Below, one piece after another: positions 48,840 through 60,540 of a stretch of DNA of 64,000 nucleotides. Under the pieces are notes generated by a model. That model made no database searches, was not told where the DNA came from, and was given only the letters and a program-made list of their open reading frames with translations. Source of the DNA: Squalus acanthias (lineage: Eukaryota); the NCBI GenBank assembly GCA_030390025.1, contig CM059432.1, positions 101,992,001 through 102,056,000 on the forward strand. The letters run 5' to 3'. Numbering within the stretch: position 1 is the stretch's first letter; each line of letters starts with the position of its first letter. The translations under genes and the position numbers were made by a program.

Positions 48840-50853
48840 TTTTAATTTTTTTTAATTATTTATTAAACATTAAAAACATTTACAACATCGTGATCATTCC
48901 ATTGTATCATACAAATCCATTCCGCCGCTCTGCACAGCCATTCCTCCACCACATATTAACATCAAAACCTGAAGTTTAATTTGTCTCCCATAACATATAC
49001 TAATCTATTGTACTTTAAAAATTAATCAGTAATCATGGCTCCGAATAAGGGAAGTGTGGCTGATAATCCCCCCATCATTTAATCTCTGGTCTTTCCCTTC
49101 TCTTATGCTTCTTCCCAACTTTTTGGGCAGCTGTTGCTTTCTCCTGCAGCCTCCAGCTCTTTTTCATCTCCTGTTTGAACCTTTCCTCCAGTTTCAGCCT
49201 CTTCCTTACATTAGGTTTGGGCCGAGGAGCTGCCCCTTCTCCCTCCTTCTGCCCCTCACTAACCTTTCCCTTTCCACACGATGCCACCCCAGCCCCCACT
49301 TCCATGTCTCTGTCCCCCTCTGACCCCTCACTCTCAAGTTCTTCTGTAACCTCCTGTCCCTGCTCCCCGTCAGATACATAATCTTCCTTAGAGAGTCTTC
49401 CTGCTATCACGGTTTCTCCAACAGTGCCACTCCCTTTGGCCTCATCTCCACCGCTGATCCTTGCTCCCTGTTTCTTCTCTCTCTGGGAGAATGGCACATC
49501 TGCACCTATCTTGCTCCCTTCTGGCATCTTTGTCTCCCCGCTCCCGTCCTGCTGCCCCTTTAAGGCTCCTGCCTCTTGCACCCTCTCCTTGTCTTGCCCC
49601 CTCCTGCTCCCCGAGATGCCCGACTCCCCATCTTTCTTTGGAGTACTTATATTTACTATGCACCCCGCCTCCTCTCCCCCCACGGACACCAAATTCTTTA
49701 TGGAGAGCCGAACCGTATTATGGCTTGACTCTGCCCTCAACCCATGCTGCCCACTGCTGTCTTTGCTCTTTTCCACCGTACTTAGTGTGTTTTCCACCAT
49801 TTCCATCCTGTTCTCTTCTCCGCAATTTTCTGCCTCTTCCTGCGCTCTTTTCTCCTTCCATTTATCAGCTGTGTCCTCCGCCTGCTCCGCTCCTCCAGTC
49901 GCTCCACTCACACCTCCTGCTCCTCTCTCGTTCTCCCATCTCCTCGTCACTGAAGGGGCTTCCTTCTGCCACACACTCACAGCGGGTGGGGCCTTTGTGA
50001 CACACCTCACAGCTCTCCACCTTACAGCTCCGAGCAATGTGTCCAGACTCACTGCAGTTATAACAGTACAAGTCTGGACAGCATCTTACAAGATGGTTGT
50101 GTCCAAGACAATAATAACAAACCTTCACCTGGTTATCATGCAGTACCCGAAAGTACAGCACCCCTTCCATTCTCTCGAATTTCATGCTATACGGCAATGA
50201 CTTGACCCCCTCTGGGAACCGTACCTTTACATAACGGGTTCCATCTGTTACCCACGTTCCTGGATAGTATCTCCTCTTTATTGCTGAGCAAATTTTAATG
50301 TCCCACGACTCCAACTTTTTTATTTGCACATCATCCTCAATATAAATTGACAGGTTTAAGAATGAGACTACCACCTCTTCAGAATATAGCAGAATTACCT
50401 CCATAACTTATCTCCAAACTTCAAACTCAGTAAAAGTCTTTCCACCTCCTCTTGGCCACTGACTGTCACCTTGAAACCAACATTCACCTTTGGTTGGCAG
50501 GCAAAGCAGCTTCCCTCACCACAGTCCTCATGTACCACCTGGATAATATCTCCTTATCCTTGCACTGAACCACCACTGTGTTTTCTTTTCCAAACCTCCT
50601 GGGGTTCGGGCCCAAATCTTTGGGCCTTTTTTTCTCCCTTCCCCCAACATTTTTTCCCCTGATTAAATTCATCTTGGGAACATTGTCCTCTGAGGCGCCC
50701 GGCACTCTGGGCCCCTCAGCAGCCATCTGGCTGCTGTTTAAGGACCAAAAAGGCCCTAAAACCTGGAAAAAAAACCACCACCAACTTTTTACAAACTCAC
50801 TCCCACTCCCTGCAGTAATCAAGCACCTGCTCACTCCTAGCCCCGCCCACCTA
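48840..50853 (-). mobile_element. L1/Tx1-type non-autonomous retroelement encoding ORF1 only
   Basis: Poly(A) tail with upstream AATAAA (T-run at 48840-48865 on +). 16-bp TSD GAGA(A/G)TGCTACCCACT at 48824-48839 and 50854-50869. Zinc-knuckle ORF1 present, no EN/RT. Confidence 0.85.
49075..50726 (-). pseudogene. Tx1/L1-like ORF1 (gag-like CCHC zinc-knuckle protein, ~550 codons, several frameshifts)
   Basis: VVVSFLNL..DGTRYVKVRF..SLPYSMKF..FRVLHDNQVKV, then CYYCLGHNHLVRCC and CYNCSESGHIARSC (CX2CX4HX4C), then a long E/K/G-rich tail with a basic C-terminus. Confidence 0.85.
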
Positions 50854-51319
50854 GAGAGTGCTACCCACTGAGCCACAGCGGACACTTGTCGCAGCTTAGC
50901 ATAACTGCAACTGGTCAGTGTGGAATTTGAGCAGGTGGTCTGACTTTATTTTAATTTGTTTTAATTAGTGAGGAATCACCTGTCCAATTGGTTCTTAACA
51001 TAACAAAAGTTGCCACCATTTGGTCATCAATGAATGCAATTCATGTCAGTATACATGTGCAAAACTCCTCTTTGCTGGACCAGAAGGTTATGTAGAGCAA
51101 GCAATGTAATTCCTTGTTGCGAACTCACTAAAGCATCTGTAGATACCATACATCACTAATGGCAATGATGGGATTACAAACAATTGATTCATCTTGGCAC
51201 CTGTAAATGCTAATAAGATACTGTCCTATTTCAAATAGGAGTTACACCCTAATGGACAGGGATGTGCATTTAAAGTGGAGCCTATTTTAGAAAGTTCATT
51301 GCAAACACAAATAGTACAA

Positions 51320-51522
51320 AGTAGAATTTTCTCTTCAGCGCTTGATTCAAGAGCTTGACGGGGCAGAAGTGCTCATTACAAATTCGGGCACAAACTGCTC
51401 ACAATTTTTCATCCACTAATTTTAATAGATGGAAAGTAGCGAGCAGCTTGTGCATAGATTTGTGATAAGTGCTTCCACTCCACTGAGCTCTTAAGCCTTG
51501 ACATTAAAAAGGAAAATCTGCC
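51320..51522. mobile_element. Old palindromic MITE (related copy at ~59953-60135)
   Basis: Imperfect whole-element hairpin (AAGAGCT..GCACAAACTGCTC / GAGCAGCTTGTGC..AGCTCTT). GAAGTGCTCAT.ACAAATT.GG is shared with 60000-60022. Confidence 0.6.
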
Positions 51523-52330
51523 ATTTCCTTTTGAACACGGCACTTGAAACTTTACTATTTCAAGCACTCAGATTGATTCCTAGTTTCTGTGACTTTTATG
51601 CAACATTCATTCAACTGTAAAAAGATGCAGATCACTGCAAGGTGCTTCAGCAATTGAAACTCCCTTCAAATTTACGTGGAATTGAAAAAAATGTGAAAGC
51701 TATAAGCAATACCTGTTAAAATAAAAGTTACAAAAATTATTAATTTTAACATTTTACTTCTGTTGTTTTTTTCATTAATATGTTTGTTTAAACACTGGTT
51801 GACTAGGTTTCCAGGAGTATTAATATTGCAGGCAAGCATCCGAGTCACATACTAATTCTGCCAAATACAATATCAGTTTGGAACAACATTACACACTGTG
51901 CTAGGACTCCTCCTTAGGATGGGACTTGCCTCACAGCCTGGTTGAAGGCTAGGATCACCTCACAGGTCAGGTCACTAAATAGGCGCCTTGGCTCCCCTGC
52001 CGAGTCCCACCTACCATTGCAGCGTGGACTCCCATGGACTGTTTCCTTCTTGCCCTGACTTTGGTCACAGCACGAGGGTATTTTCTGAGCTGGGTAGAAT
52101 TATTACATTATCTATTCACGCACTAAATAGATTACTGACAAAAATACTCAACTTGATGGCATAAACAGCTAATCTAATACCAGCGGTTGAAGCTGAAGCA
52201 CTTCATCAGTGATGTTAGTTCAACTCCCCTACACAGTTGGGCTCAGTAATTGCTTCCTGCTGTTGCACAAGTTAATTAAAAGTGACACAGTGCAACCTAT
52301 TGGATCACTGGTGAGGCAGATTTTTTTTAC

Positions 52331-52600
52331 ATAAAACGGAATGAAACCAGGTGGTACAGTGGAGTCAGAACAAATCTTTTCATCTCTGGGTCTTAGGTAC
52401 AAATACAACCCAAACCGATGATCAAAATCTCCTTCCCAACAGTTGCAAGTCTTGTAAGAAAATTAATTTTGGTCAGTGTCAGCACAGTTCTCCGTGCCAC
52501 AGATCCACAGCACAAACCTATTCATAACACAACACAAATTGAAACTAAATTGAGAGCATTTCAGTCAGAGCCCACGAGGCTAGCTGGTGTGAGAAATGAT
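52331..52600 (+). mobile_element. Degraded LF-SINE-like element
   Basis: CTTTTCATCTCTGGGTC..GGTACAAATACAACCCA..TCAGCACAGTTC..TCCACAGCACAAA..ACTAAATTG resembles my recollection of the LF-SINE consensus. Confidence 0.5.
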
Positions 52601-53467
52601 GCAGTGTGGTATTCTATGTGACCCAGAAATGATTGATGAAAGTGAGCGAGAAAAGTGGAACAATATTTCATTCCTCAGTTCTGATAAACATCACCTGAAT
52701 GCGTACAAAATTCACCCAAAAAATAGAAACAAAAAGCCTTAAAATATTTTCCAAGGCAGCTATATAGTCATAAGGGAAATATTGCACATCAGAGGTACAA
52801 GGCACATTTTAAAATTGCTCCATTTGCCATTGTAGCATGCAGTGGAGTGGCAATTGTGGGTTATGTTCCTGGAAGTCTCACAAGATATATTTCATGCCAT
52901 CAGATCAAGCTGTAGTGCAAAAAACTAGGCAATTCCCCACACAATGTTCAGTAAGACTGGAGGGAGAGTCTATCCAAGCTGCTCTTGTATGCTTTCTGGT
53001 GTGTGTTACAAGAGTGTAAAGGGTTTTTATGGATGGTAGGTCTTAGATCACCAGAGTTAGTGGCACTGCGATATTTCATAGACAATGCTACGGTCCACAT
53101 GATGTTTCACTGACATGAAGATACTCTTTATAAACTACCTCTCCTGATTGACTTGAACTCTTTACTCTTTTCAATCTGTCCTACACTTTAGGCCTCAGCC
53201 CTTCTTTAGATTCTAAATAAAAAATTACATTTTTGGCAGAGACCTAGGAGCAGGATAATGGTGGACAGACAGCAAAACAGGAGAAATATAGCTCAAAAGT
53301 AGATGGAGGAAATCTTTTATTTCCTTCATTTACTTTTGTATATTTAACACAACCACTTTGTAGACCTATAGAGTCCTTGGCTACAAATGGGAAATCTGTC
53401 ACAAGTATCTAAGGTGGGGGTGGGGGGGAAGCATTGACACAAAACAATCACTGCAAGTTGCAGAAAG

Positions 53468-55092
53468 TGTAATACGTGCCCTGTATAAGGGTTTCGTGTC
53501 TCTGTGTCTCAGACGGTGCTGGTGCGAGGTTAGGCCTTCGTTGCCTAATACTATTGCTTGCTCTGGTCTCCGGCCAGCCTTATTGCAATAAGCACCTGTG
53601 AGTGGTTCGACCCACTCGCCCTTACGGTTCTAACACTGGACTTAGGTGCAGGGAGCAGTAATGCAGAGAAAAACTCAAATAGACCCGGTTGAATAGTACG
53701 AAATGGAAATCTTTATTGCATAGCGTCCAAAATCATGAAGTACATGTCATAGGCGCAAATTAACGAGAGTACAAGTATACATACATTCATAAAACTTGGT
53801 CTATGGAAATGAAGAACGCACGGCACATCGTAAAAAGGGGAACACATTATACTTTAACCTTAATAAAACCACCCTCCCTTAACAATACCTACACTACGTC
53901 TAGATTTGTAGGATCGGGAAACATGCTCACCACTCGTGTTACTTCGGAGAATTTTAAAGTGAGGCACTCGGCTCGTTTCGCTGCAGCGCCTGACTGTCAC
54001 GTGTTTGGAAGGGTCTCTGTACCCCACTTGTTTATTTTCGCTGCTGCGACAAGCAGGCCGGGCTCCCTGTTGTCATGAAGAACTTGACAGAACTCGGACA
54101 CAGTTCAAAGAAGAGTCTTCCTGTTCCCGACACCGGTTGTCGGTAGATTTCAATGAAGAGTTCTTTATTATATTTTCGGGCGCGGTCGGGGTTTACTGAC
54201 CGTGGCGGCACGTGAATTCTTCTTCTTTTCTTGTCGTCTCGTCTCGTCTCTTCAGGCCTCCGGGTCCAGGCACCGTTTACCGACACTCGGGATGGTGTAC
54301 CCTGTTACTTGCCCTTGTCGGGGCGGCTCGTTCCGATTGAGCTCCACCCAACATTCGAATAACCGTCCAGTGCGGCTAAAAGTCAAGAGTCAACAAAGTC
54401 CAGCCCTAAAGAAGAGCTTCAGCCAGCGATCGAGCGAGTCAAAAGAGACCGATGGACATTTGTTCACTATAGTTATAGTGATGTGTTCCCTTATCTCCCG
54501 CTCAAATCTTAATGTTTGTCCTTTGTGTAATACTGGTGCACAAAACTCCCAGCATGGGGCGGTTGTCTTCTTTAACGGGTTTCGGTAGCACCTGAAACTG
54601 GCCAACTATCCGTTAATGTTTTCCCCATTGTTGACCCAGCCAGGATGTGTACGAATCGTCTCCCTGACTGGTTTTGGGGGCCCCCGAATACTTGCTTAAT
54701 CACCCGTCAATGTCTCTCTCATTGTAGAGCCGTGGGGGTATTTGTGTATTGATGTGTCTGGATGGGCCTTCGATTGCCCAGTACAATGGTCCTTACTTGT
54801 GCATGGAAAACGATTCCAGCACTTATTTCTTTGCTATTGTCACAAATGCAAACAGGTTGCATCCTGTCTTTATCAGTGTTTATCGAGTATGATCCAATTT
54901 TATATTGAATGTTTATTCGACGCCATCTTGTCTGCCCACTGTATTTCTGGAAGCTTCTGCCATGATGCGCGGTGGCCATTTTACAGGCTTCTGTGTCCTT
55001 TATATCAGGACAGCATTTTGTTTAATAAAACTGATCAAACGAATCTGCTTCTCTTGTGTTATTTTGAATCGCGATAATTGCGAAACTTTACA
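53468..55092 (-). mobile_element. Probable solo LTR (~1.6 kb)
   Basis: Ends TGTAA...TTACA, CpG-rich compared with its flanks. AATAAA on - at ~53712 and ~54163, and YY1-like CAAGATGGCG. No TSD found. Confidence 0.5.
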
Positions 55093-56105
55093 CCTGCCAG
55101 ATGTCCAGGTACTAAAACAGCTTCCAATGATTGAATTTAAAACAAATACAACTGGCAATATAGCCTTCAGCACTGCATCACCACCGCTGTGCGAGTGCTG
55201 CATGCACCTGCACACAAATGGTCTCCCCTCACTGGAGAAAACAAAGTAAGTATATTTGCATAATTAAATGGCATTCCACATATATTTTTCATGACACACC
55301 AGAATTACATTGTCAGGTGTCAGCAGCGAGTGAAGGGCTGCTGACTGCTCTTTCTGTGACAGGCACTTATCCTGTCCTTACGTGACAATGGCGCCAGAGC
55401 ACTGGGGTGAGGGAGAGGGCAGATGTGTCTGATTTTTAAAAATTAATGCTGATTACCCCTCCAGCTGTCTCAATTGGCGTGCTGTGCAGCTTTAAATAAA
55501 ACTTAGTACCTAAACATTGTGCACTGGTTCCCAGCCCCCTTTGCAATCTCCATCAACAATGAGGAACACTGACTGCCTTTTCTGCATTGTAAGCCTCAGT
55601 GTTCAATGTTTTGGGGTTTCAGGCATATTATCAGCCTCACTATGCCATCATGAGATAGCATTTGCCATTAGTAGATGATGCTGTATTCTTTTATGTTTAA
55701 TCTTCCCCCTTTTCATTTAGACTTTGTCGAACAGTCTTTATTTATTTTTACAATTATACATTAGAGTCACTTTATCCTCTACACACCCATGTTCTATTGA
55801 GTGTTAATCAACAAACATCTAAGCCAAGACACTACTGAGAGAAGAGGTTGCTAGTAGTTCACTCTCAAGACAAGTCTGTACTACTTGTTTGCTACTAGAA
55901 TGTTTCAACTAAACCATTTGATTCCTCAATAACTCTGGCAGCTCTCTGAACAGGATGATTTCTGACAAGGTGTTGAATTTCATTGTTGTATTGCTTTTTT
56001 CACTGTGGGTACTTTGTTGTATTATCATTTCCATGTTTGTTTCAAGTGTTCTGGTCCCTTGTTTGATGATCGGTGGATGGCTCATCAATTTCGGCAAAAA
56101 ATATT

Positions 56106-56854
56106 GGGCCAGAAATTCGGCACTTATCGGGTGAGTACGCGCTGTGTACTCACCCATAAGGCCACCTGAAGTACCGGTTTCCTGCATGCACTGCGCATGC
56201 ACGGGAAACCAGAACTTCCGGTCTCGTGAAGGGAGGGGTTCAGAGGTGAACCGCGTGCGCGGGAGAGGCTGCGCGCACGCAGCGAACTTAGGTTTTTTTT
56301 CAGGTTTCTCCGGGAGGGTAAGTATGGAAGAAGCTGCGCTTTTAAAAAGGAGGCGCAAGACCCGTTTTTAACAAGGTAAGTGGTTAATTAATTTTTTTCA
56401 ACAGGTTTATCTTTTTTAGATACTTTAAAGAAAGGTAAGTTTATTTTTAGCACCGTTAAAAAGTATTTTAATTTTTTCAAAAATTTAAATTTTTGTTTTA
56501 AGTAGTTAATTTATTTAACTTATAGTTATTTTAAAAATGTGATGTAAAAAATAAATTATTTGAAGTTTAGGTGTTGTTTTGGGGCTGATTTCAATTCATA
56601 GATTTGACAGGTCTTCCTGTCAAATCTATGAATGAAAATGGCCTGCTCCGATTGGCTCTCCATGGCCCACGTGATTCCAGGGGACGCTTCGAACTAACTG
56701 CGCCCCTGGGATACGCAAGCACTGCGCGCCGGCAGCTGCAGGAGGCCCAGGACCCGAAGTTCTCGTGGGCCCAAAACACAACTGCAGGCACGGTAGGTAA
56801 GTACGCGCGCGATGCTTGCACCCGCAGGAAGCCGGAAAGCCGAATTTCTGGCCC
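56106..56854. mobile_element. Harbinger-type MITE (749 bp)
   Basis: Perfect 16-bp TIR GGGCCAGAAATTCGGC, TSD ATT. Confidence 0.9.
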
Positions 56855-57261
56855 ATTGTTCTTGTCAATCTATTCCAAGTACGCTCCAAATACTGTTTTT
56901 CATTGAGTGACACCATAAGGACGATTTTAATATATGGCACAAAATGGGAAGTTGGCAGGTGGAGGTGCCATATGTGACCTTGCCCAGGGAGTGTGATGTA
57001 TTCAAATCATATCTCTCCGGCCTGGTCACCAGTCTTTGTCAATGGGCAATCATTCGACAATTTGGTGAATATCACCATGAATGGCTTCTGATCAGTTTTT
57101 GTTCTATTGAAACCTTTCACTTGAAAATCACCAACACTCCTTCTCAATTTGTGCACAACTAGTCTCTGCTTGAGACATGACTTGCAAAGTACATGTAACT
57201 GTTAACAATATGCTATCATAATTCTGCAGCTATTCCACTTCTGACTTAGCTTCATTGCTGT

Positions 57262-58106
57262 TCATTATTAAAATGCACGACAAGGTCTTGGACAACGTGG
57301 ACCACTTTCCATACCTCGGGAGCCTACTGTCAACAAGGGCAGACGTCGATGTCGAAGTCAACACCGCCTTCAGTGTGCCAGTGCAGCCTTCGGTCGTCTG
57401 AGGAAGAGGGTGTTTGAGACCAGGACCTCAAACCCGGCACTAAGCTCATGGTCTACAGAGCAGCAGTGATACCCACCCTGCTGTATGCCTCAGAGACATG
57501 GACCATGTACAGCAGGCACCTCAAAGCACTGGAGAGGTACCGCCAATGCTGCCTCCGCAAGATCCTACAAATCCATTGGCAGGATAGGCGCACCAACGTC
57601 AGTGTTCTCACTCAAGCCAACATCCCCAGCATCGAAGCTTTGAACACGCTCAATCAGCTCTGATGGACGGGTCACATCGTCCGCATGCCCGATTCGAGAC
57701 TCCCAAAACAAACGCTCTACTCGGAGCTCTGACTCGGCAAGAGAGCCCCAGATGAACAGAGGAAACGCTTCAAGGACACCCTCAAAGCCTCCTTGAAAAA
57801 GTGCAACATCCCCACTGACACCTGGGAATCCCTGGCCCAAGACCGCACAAAGTGGTGGAGAAGCATCCGGGAAGGCGCCAAAGACCTCGAGTCTCTTCGC
57901 CGGAAGCAAGCGGAAGCCAGGCGCAAGCAGCGCAAGGAGCGCACGTCAACCCAAGCACCCCACCCACCCGCCCCTTCAACCACCGTCTGCCCCACCTGTG
58001 ACAGAAACTGTAGGTCCTGCATTGGACTCATCAGCCACCTGAGAACTCATTTTTAATGTGGAAGCAAGTCATCCTCGGTTCCGAGGGACTGCCTAAGAAG
58101 AAGAAG
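57262..58106 (+). mobile_element. 5'-truncated RTE LINE (second copy)
   Basis: Highly similar to 7895-8730. (AAG)4 tail. TSD ATTGCTGT at 57254-57261 and 58107-58114. Confidence 0.93.
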
Positions 58107-59340
58107 ATTGCTGTAATTCAGATAGGACTACAAGTGTCATTAGTCTGAAGAACCATCGGTTCTGTTGATAAGAGATCCTTCACTTTCTTTTTCTTATCAA
58201 ATAGCATCTACAGCAGAGTCAACATGATTGAGACATATCAGCTACAAACTTGTTGAAATAATTCATCGTATCTCGACATCTCAGTTCAGTCTTGTATGTG
58301 GGTTGTTCCATTTCTTTTAATGGCTGAACATTTTTTTTTTGAGTTTGGTTTCACTCTTTTCTCACTCAGAATGTTACCAATAAAAGGGGAGCTGGCTCAC
58401 CCCAACATTTTACTTGTCTCAGTTTAGCTTCAGTTTGACTGATTTGGTCTTTGTTAGGACAAGTCTTAGCCTTTCATTGTGGTTTTGTTGCAAAGATGCC
58501 CACATTCTTTTATCCATAGTTGTAACTACTCCTGGAATATGTCACAAAGATGTTGTGAATGGTCTTGTTATAGACTTCTGATACTAATGCAATCCTAAGG
58601 ATCATCTTAAAAATCTATACCTCCTAGGAGTGTGATTAATGGGCGCAGTTTAGAACCCGCTTCATTCAAGTTGGTTCCCAGAATCCCTTTGGTATGTGTA
58701 GCTTACTGAAAATCTTTGCATAAAATATTCCCTAATGCCGTTGCTAAGGTCTCATGAATCCTCACATGCATGATCTGCCATTCCTGCAAAACTTGCCATT
58801 TTTCTTAAATGTATTAACAAGCAAATTAACTCAGTCAGTTGATTCGTCAACTTTGATGATCATGTCCAACTCTTTCGTGTGATTAAGGTTGGTTTTCCAT
58901 TTCTCTTTTATTGGAAATGGTATCTTTCTGCATGGTTGCTGCACTAGTTGAGCAACTTCCTCAACAGCTATGAGGTGCTCACTTGTAGGGATCTCAACTC
59001 TTCAAAGATATCTCCAAACTGCTGTGCCAGAATTTCATATCATCCACCACTGAAGGCTTTAGCATTCAACAATCACTTTATGAGTTGAGGTTTGCCATGT
59101 TTTGAAACCTAAAATTTGTTGTACTTCCATGGGAATGATCATAATTTGCACACTGTATACTCTGCCTATGTACTTTACTTTTGCCTTACACACTGACCTA
59201 TGCAACTCCAGATTATCCAATTATTTTCACTTTGCCGTGAAATAGTTTACCCTTCATGATCAGACCTTTATAGATCTTTTCAGGAAGAAGGTCGACCTGT
59301 GCTCTGAAATCTAGCTGGAAGTTACCTTCATTGATATCTA

Positions 59341-59523
59341 AGCAGAAAATCCTGGAAAACACTCAGCGGGTCAGGCAGTATCTGTGGATAGAGAAACAGA
59401 GTTAACGTTTCACCTGAAACATTAACCCTGTTTCTCTCCCCGCAGATGCTGCCTGACCTGTTGAGTATTTCCAACATTTTTTTTTTCAGATTTCCAGCAT
59501 CCACAGTATTTTGCTTTTGGTTT
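59341..59523. mobile_element. Fold-back mini-PLE (family B)
   Basis: Inverted pLTR arms meeting at TTTCACCTGAAA. TSD ATTGATATCTA at 59330-59340 and 59524-59534. Confidence 0.85.
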
Positions 59524-60371
59524 ATTGATATCTACATCCTTTCCTGCTTATAATCATATTACAAGTAAATCGCCAGAGTAACCCATTTCATCTTCAGCTA
59601 TATTGATTTTTCATTACTGACTCCTCCATCTTTTTAATGACTGCAGGAACCGCTCCCCTTTATCACGTAGTCCTATGATTTGGCATTGTGTGATTTCAGA
59701 TGTCCAAATCATGTCTATTGCTTTTTCTAATGTCATATTGGTGTCTTGTAGCAAACTCTTTTTTCTATTCTTGTTTTATTTTACCCTGAATGTCATGCAG
59801 TCCTTAATGAGGGAGTCATTTAATTCTCCATGAACTCTCCTTCAGACTGATCCCTGAAATTAAATATAAACCTCTCATAGTGAAGCAACATTTTTCAAAC
59901 TGTTTCATACATTTTCCTCCTAGATGAAGGGGTTACTGGTCTCTCCCACCTTGGGGCAGATTTTGCTCTTCAGCACCAGTGCATGAGCTTAATGAGACTG
60001 AAGTGCTCATCACAAATTTGGGCCATACAATAATTTTAAATGAATGGAAAGTTGTGAGCAGCTTATACCTCAATTTCAGGAAGTGCTTCTGTCCCACCAA
60101 GCTCTTACACTCAGTTGCTGAAGAGGAAAATCTGTCTCTTCATCTCCCATTTCTGTAAGGAATATAGCTACTCTTAGTTTACCACCTTTATTTAAAACAA
60201 CTTCTGTAGCAACGTCATACCATTGCTTCAAGTTCTTCCAATTTCTGAAAGCATTCATATTCATTGGCAGCAAGATTCTGGTACTCGTAACCCATGGGCT
60301 GCCATTGTGTTTTCATTTGTATACTGTAGACTTTGGTATATTTCATTTTCAAGCATATTTTCTCAAATGTA

Positions 60372-60540
60372 GGTAACAGGAAGCTAGATAAGTACATGAG
60401 GGAGAAAGGAATAGAAGGATATGCTGATAGAGTTAGTCGAAGTATAGAGGGAGGAGATTTGTGTGGAGCATGAACACCGTCATAGACCAATTGGGCTGAA
60501 TGGGCTGCTTCTGTGCTGTAAATTCTATATAATTCTTTGT
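60372..60540 (+). mobile_element. CR1-type extreme 3' end
   Basis: GGAAGCTAGATAAGTAC..GGGCTGAATGGGCTGCTTCTGTGCTGTAAATTCTAT. Confidence 0.7.

Larger units (their letters stand above)
48505..50885 (-). mobile_element. tRNA-derived Deu-domain SINE (SacSINE1-like), head split by an ORF1-only element
   Basis: A box TGGCTCAGTGG at ~50865-50875, B box GGGTTCAAGTCC at 48791-48802, Deu core at 48600-48720. Matches 23800-24010. Confidence 0.88.
55700..60340 (-). mobile_element. Fossil Ty3/Gypsy LTR retrotransposon (gag-PR-RT-RNaseH), split by an RTE, MITEs and a PLE
   Basis: Minus-strand remnants in order: NWKNLKQWY..VAIFLTEMGDE, DSLIKD, LLQDTNMTLEKAIDM (gag); FQLDFRAQVDL (protease-like); QQPCRKIPFPIKEK (RT start); AETSCAQIEKE and TDQKPF..IF..NDCP (RNase H). 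Purine tract AAAAGGGGGAAGA at ~55701-55713. Confidence 0.75.

Noticed and set aside
49424..50200. 258-aa plus-strand ORF
   Set aside because: Antisense shadow of the purine-rich ORF1.
46510..51878. Shared CTAATTCTGCCAAAT.CAA.ATCAG at ~46516 and ~51852
   Set aside because: Too short to separate from chance or a remnant of an old repeat.
55100..55252. Possible exon ending at AAA/GTAAGT
   Set aside because: Splice-like motif only, with no homology or partner exons.
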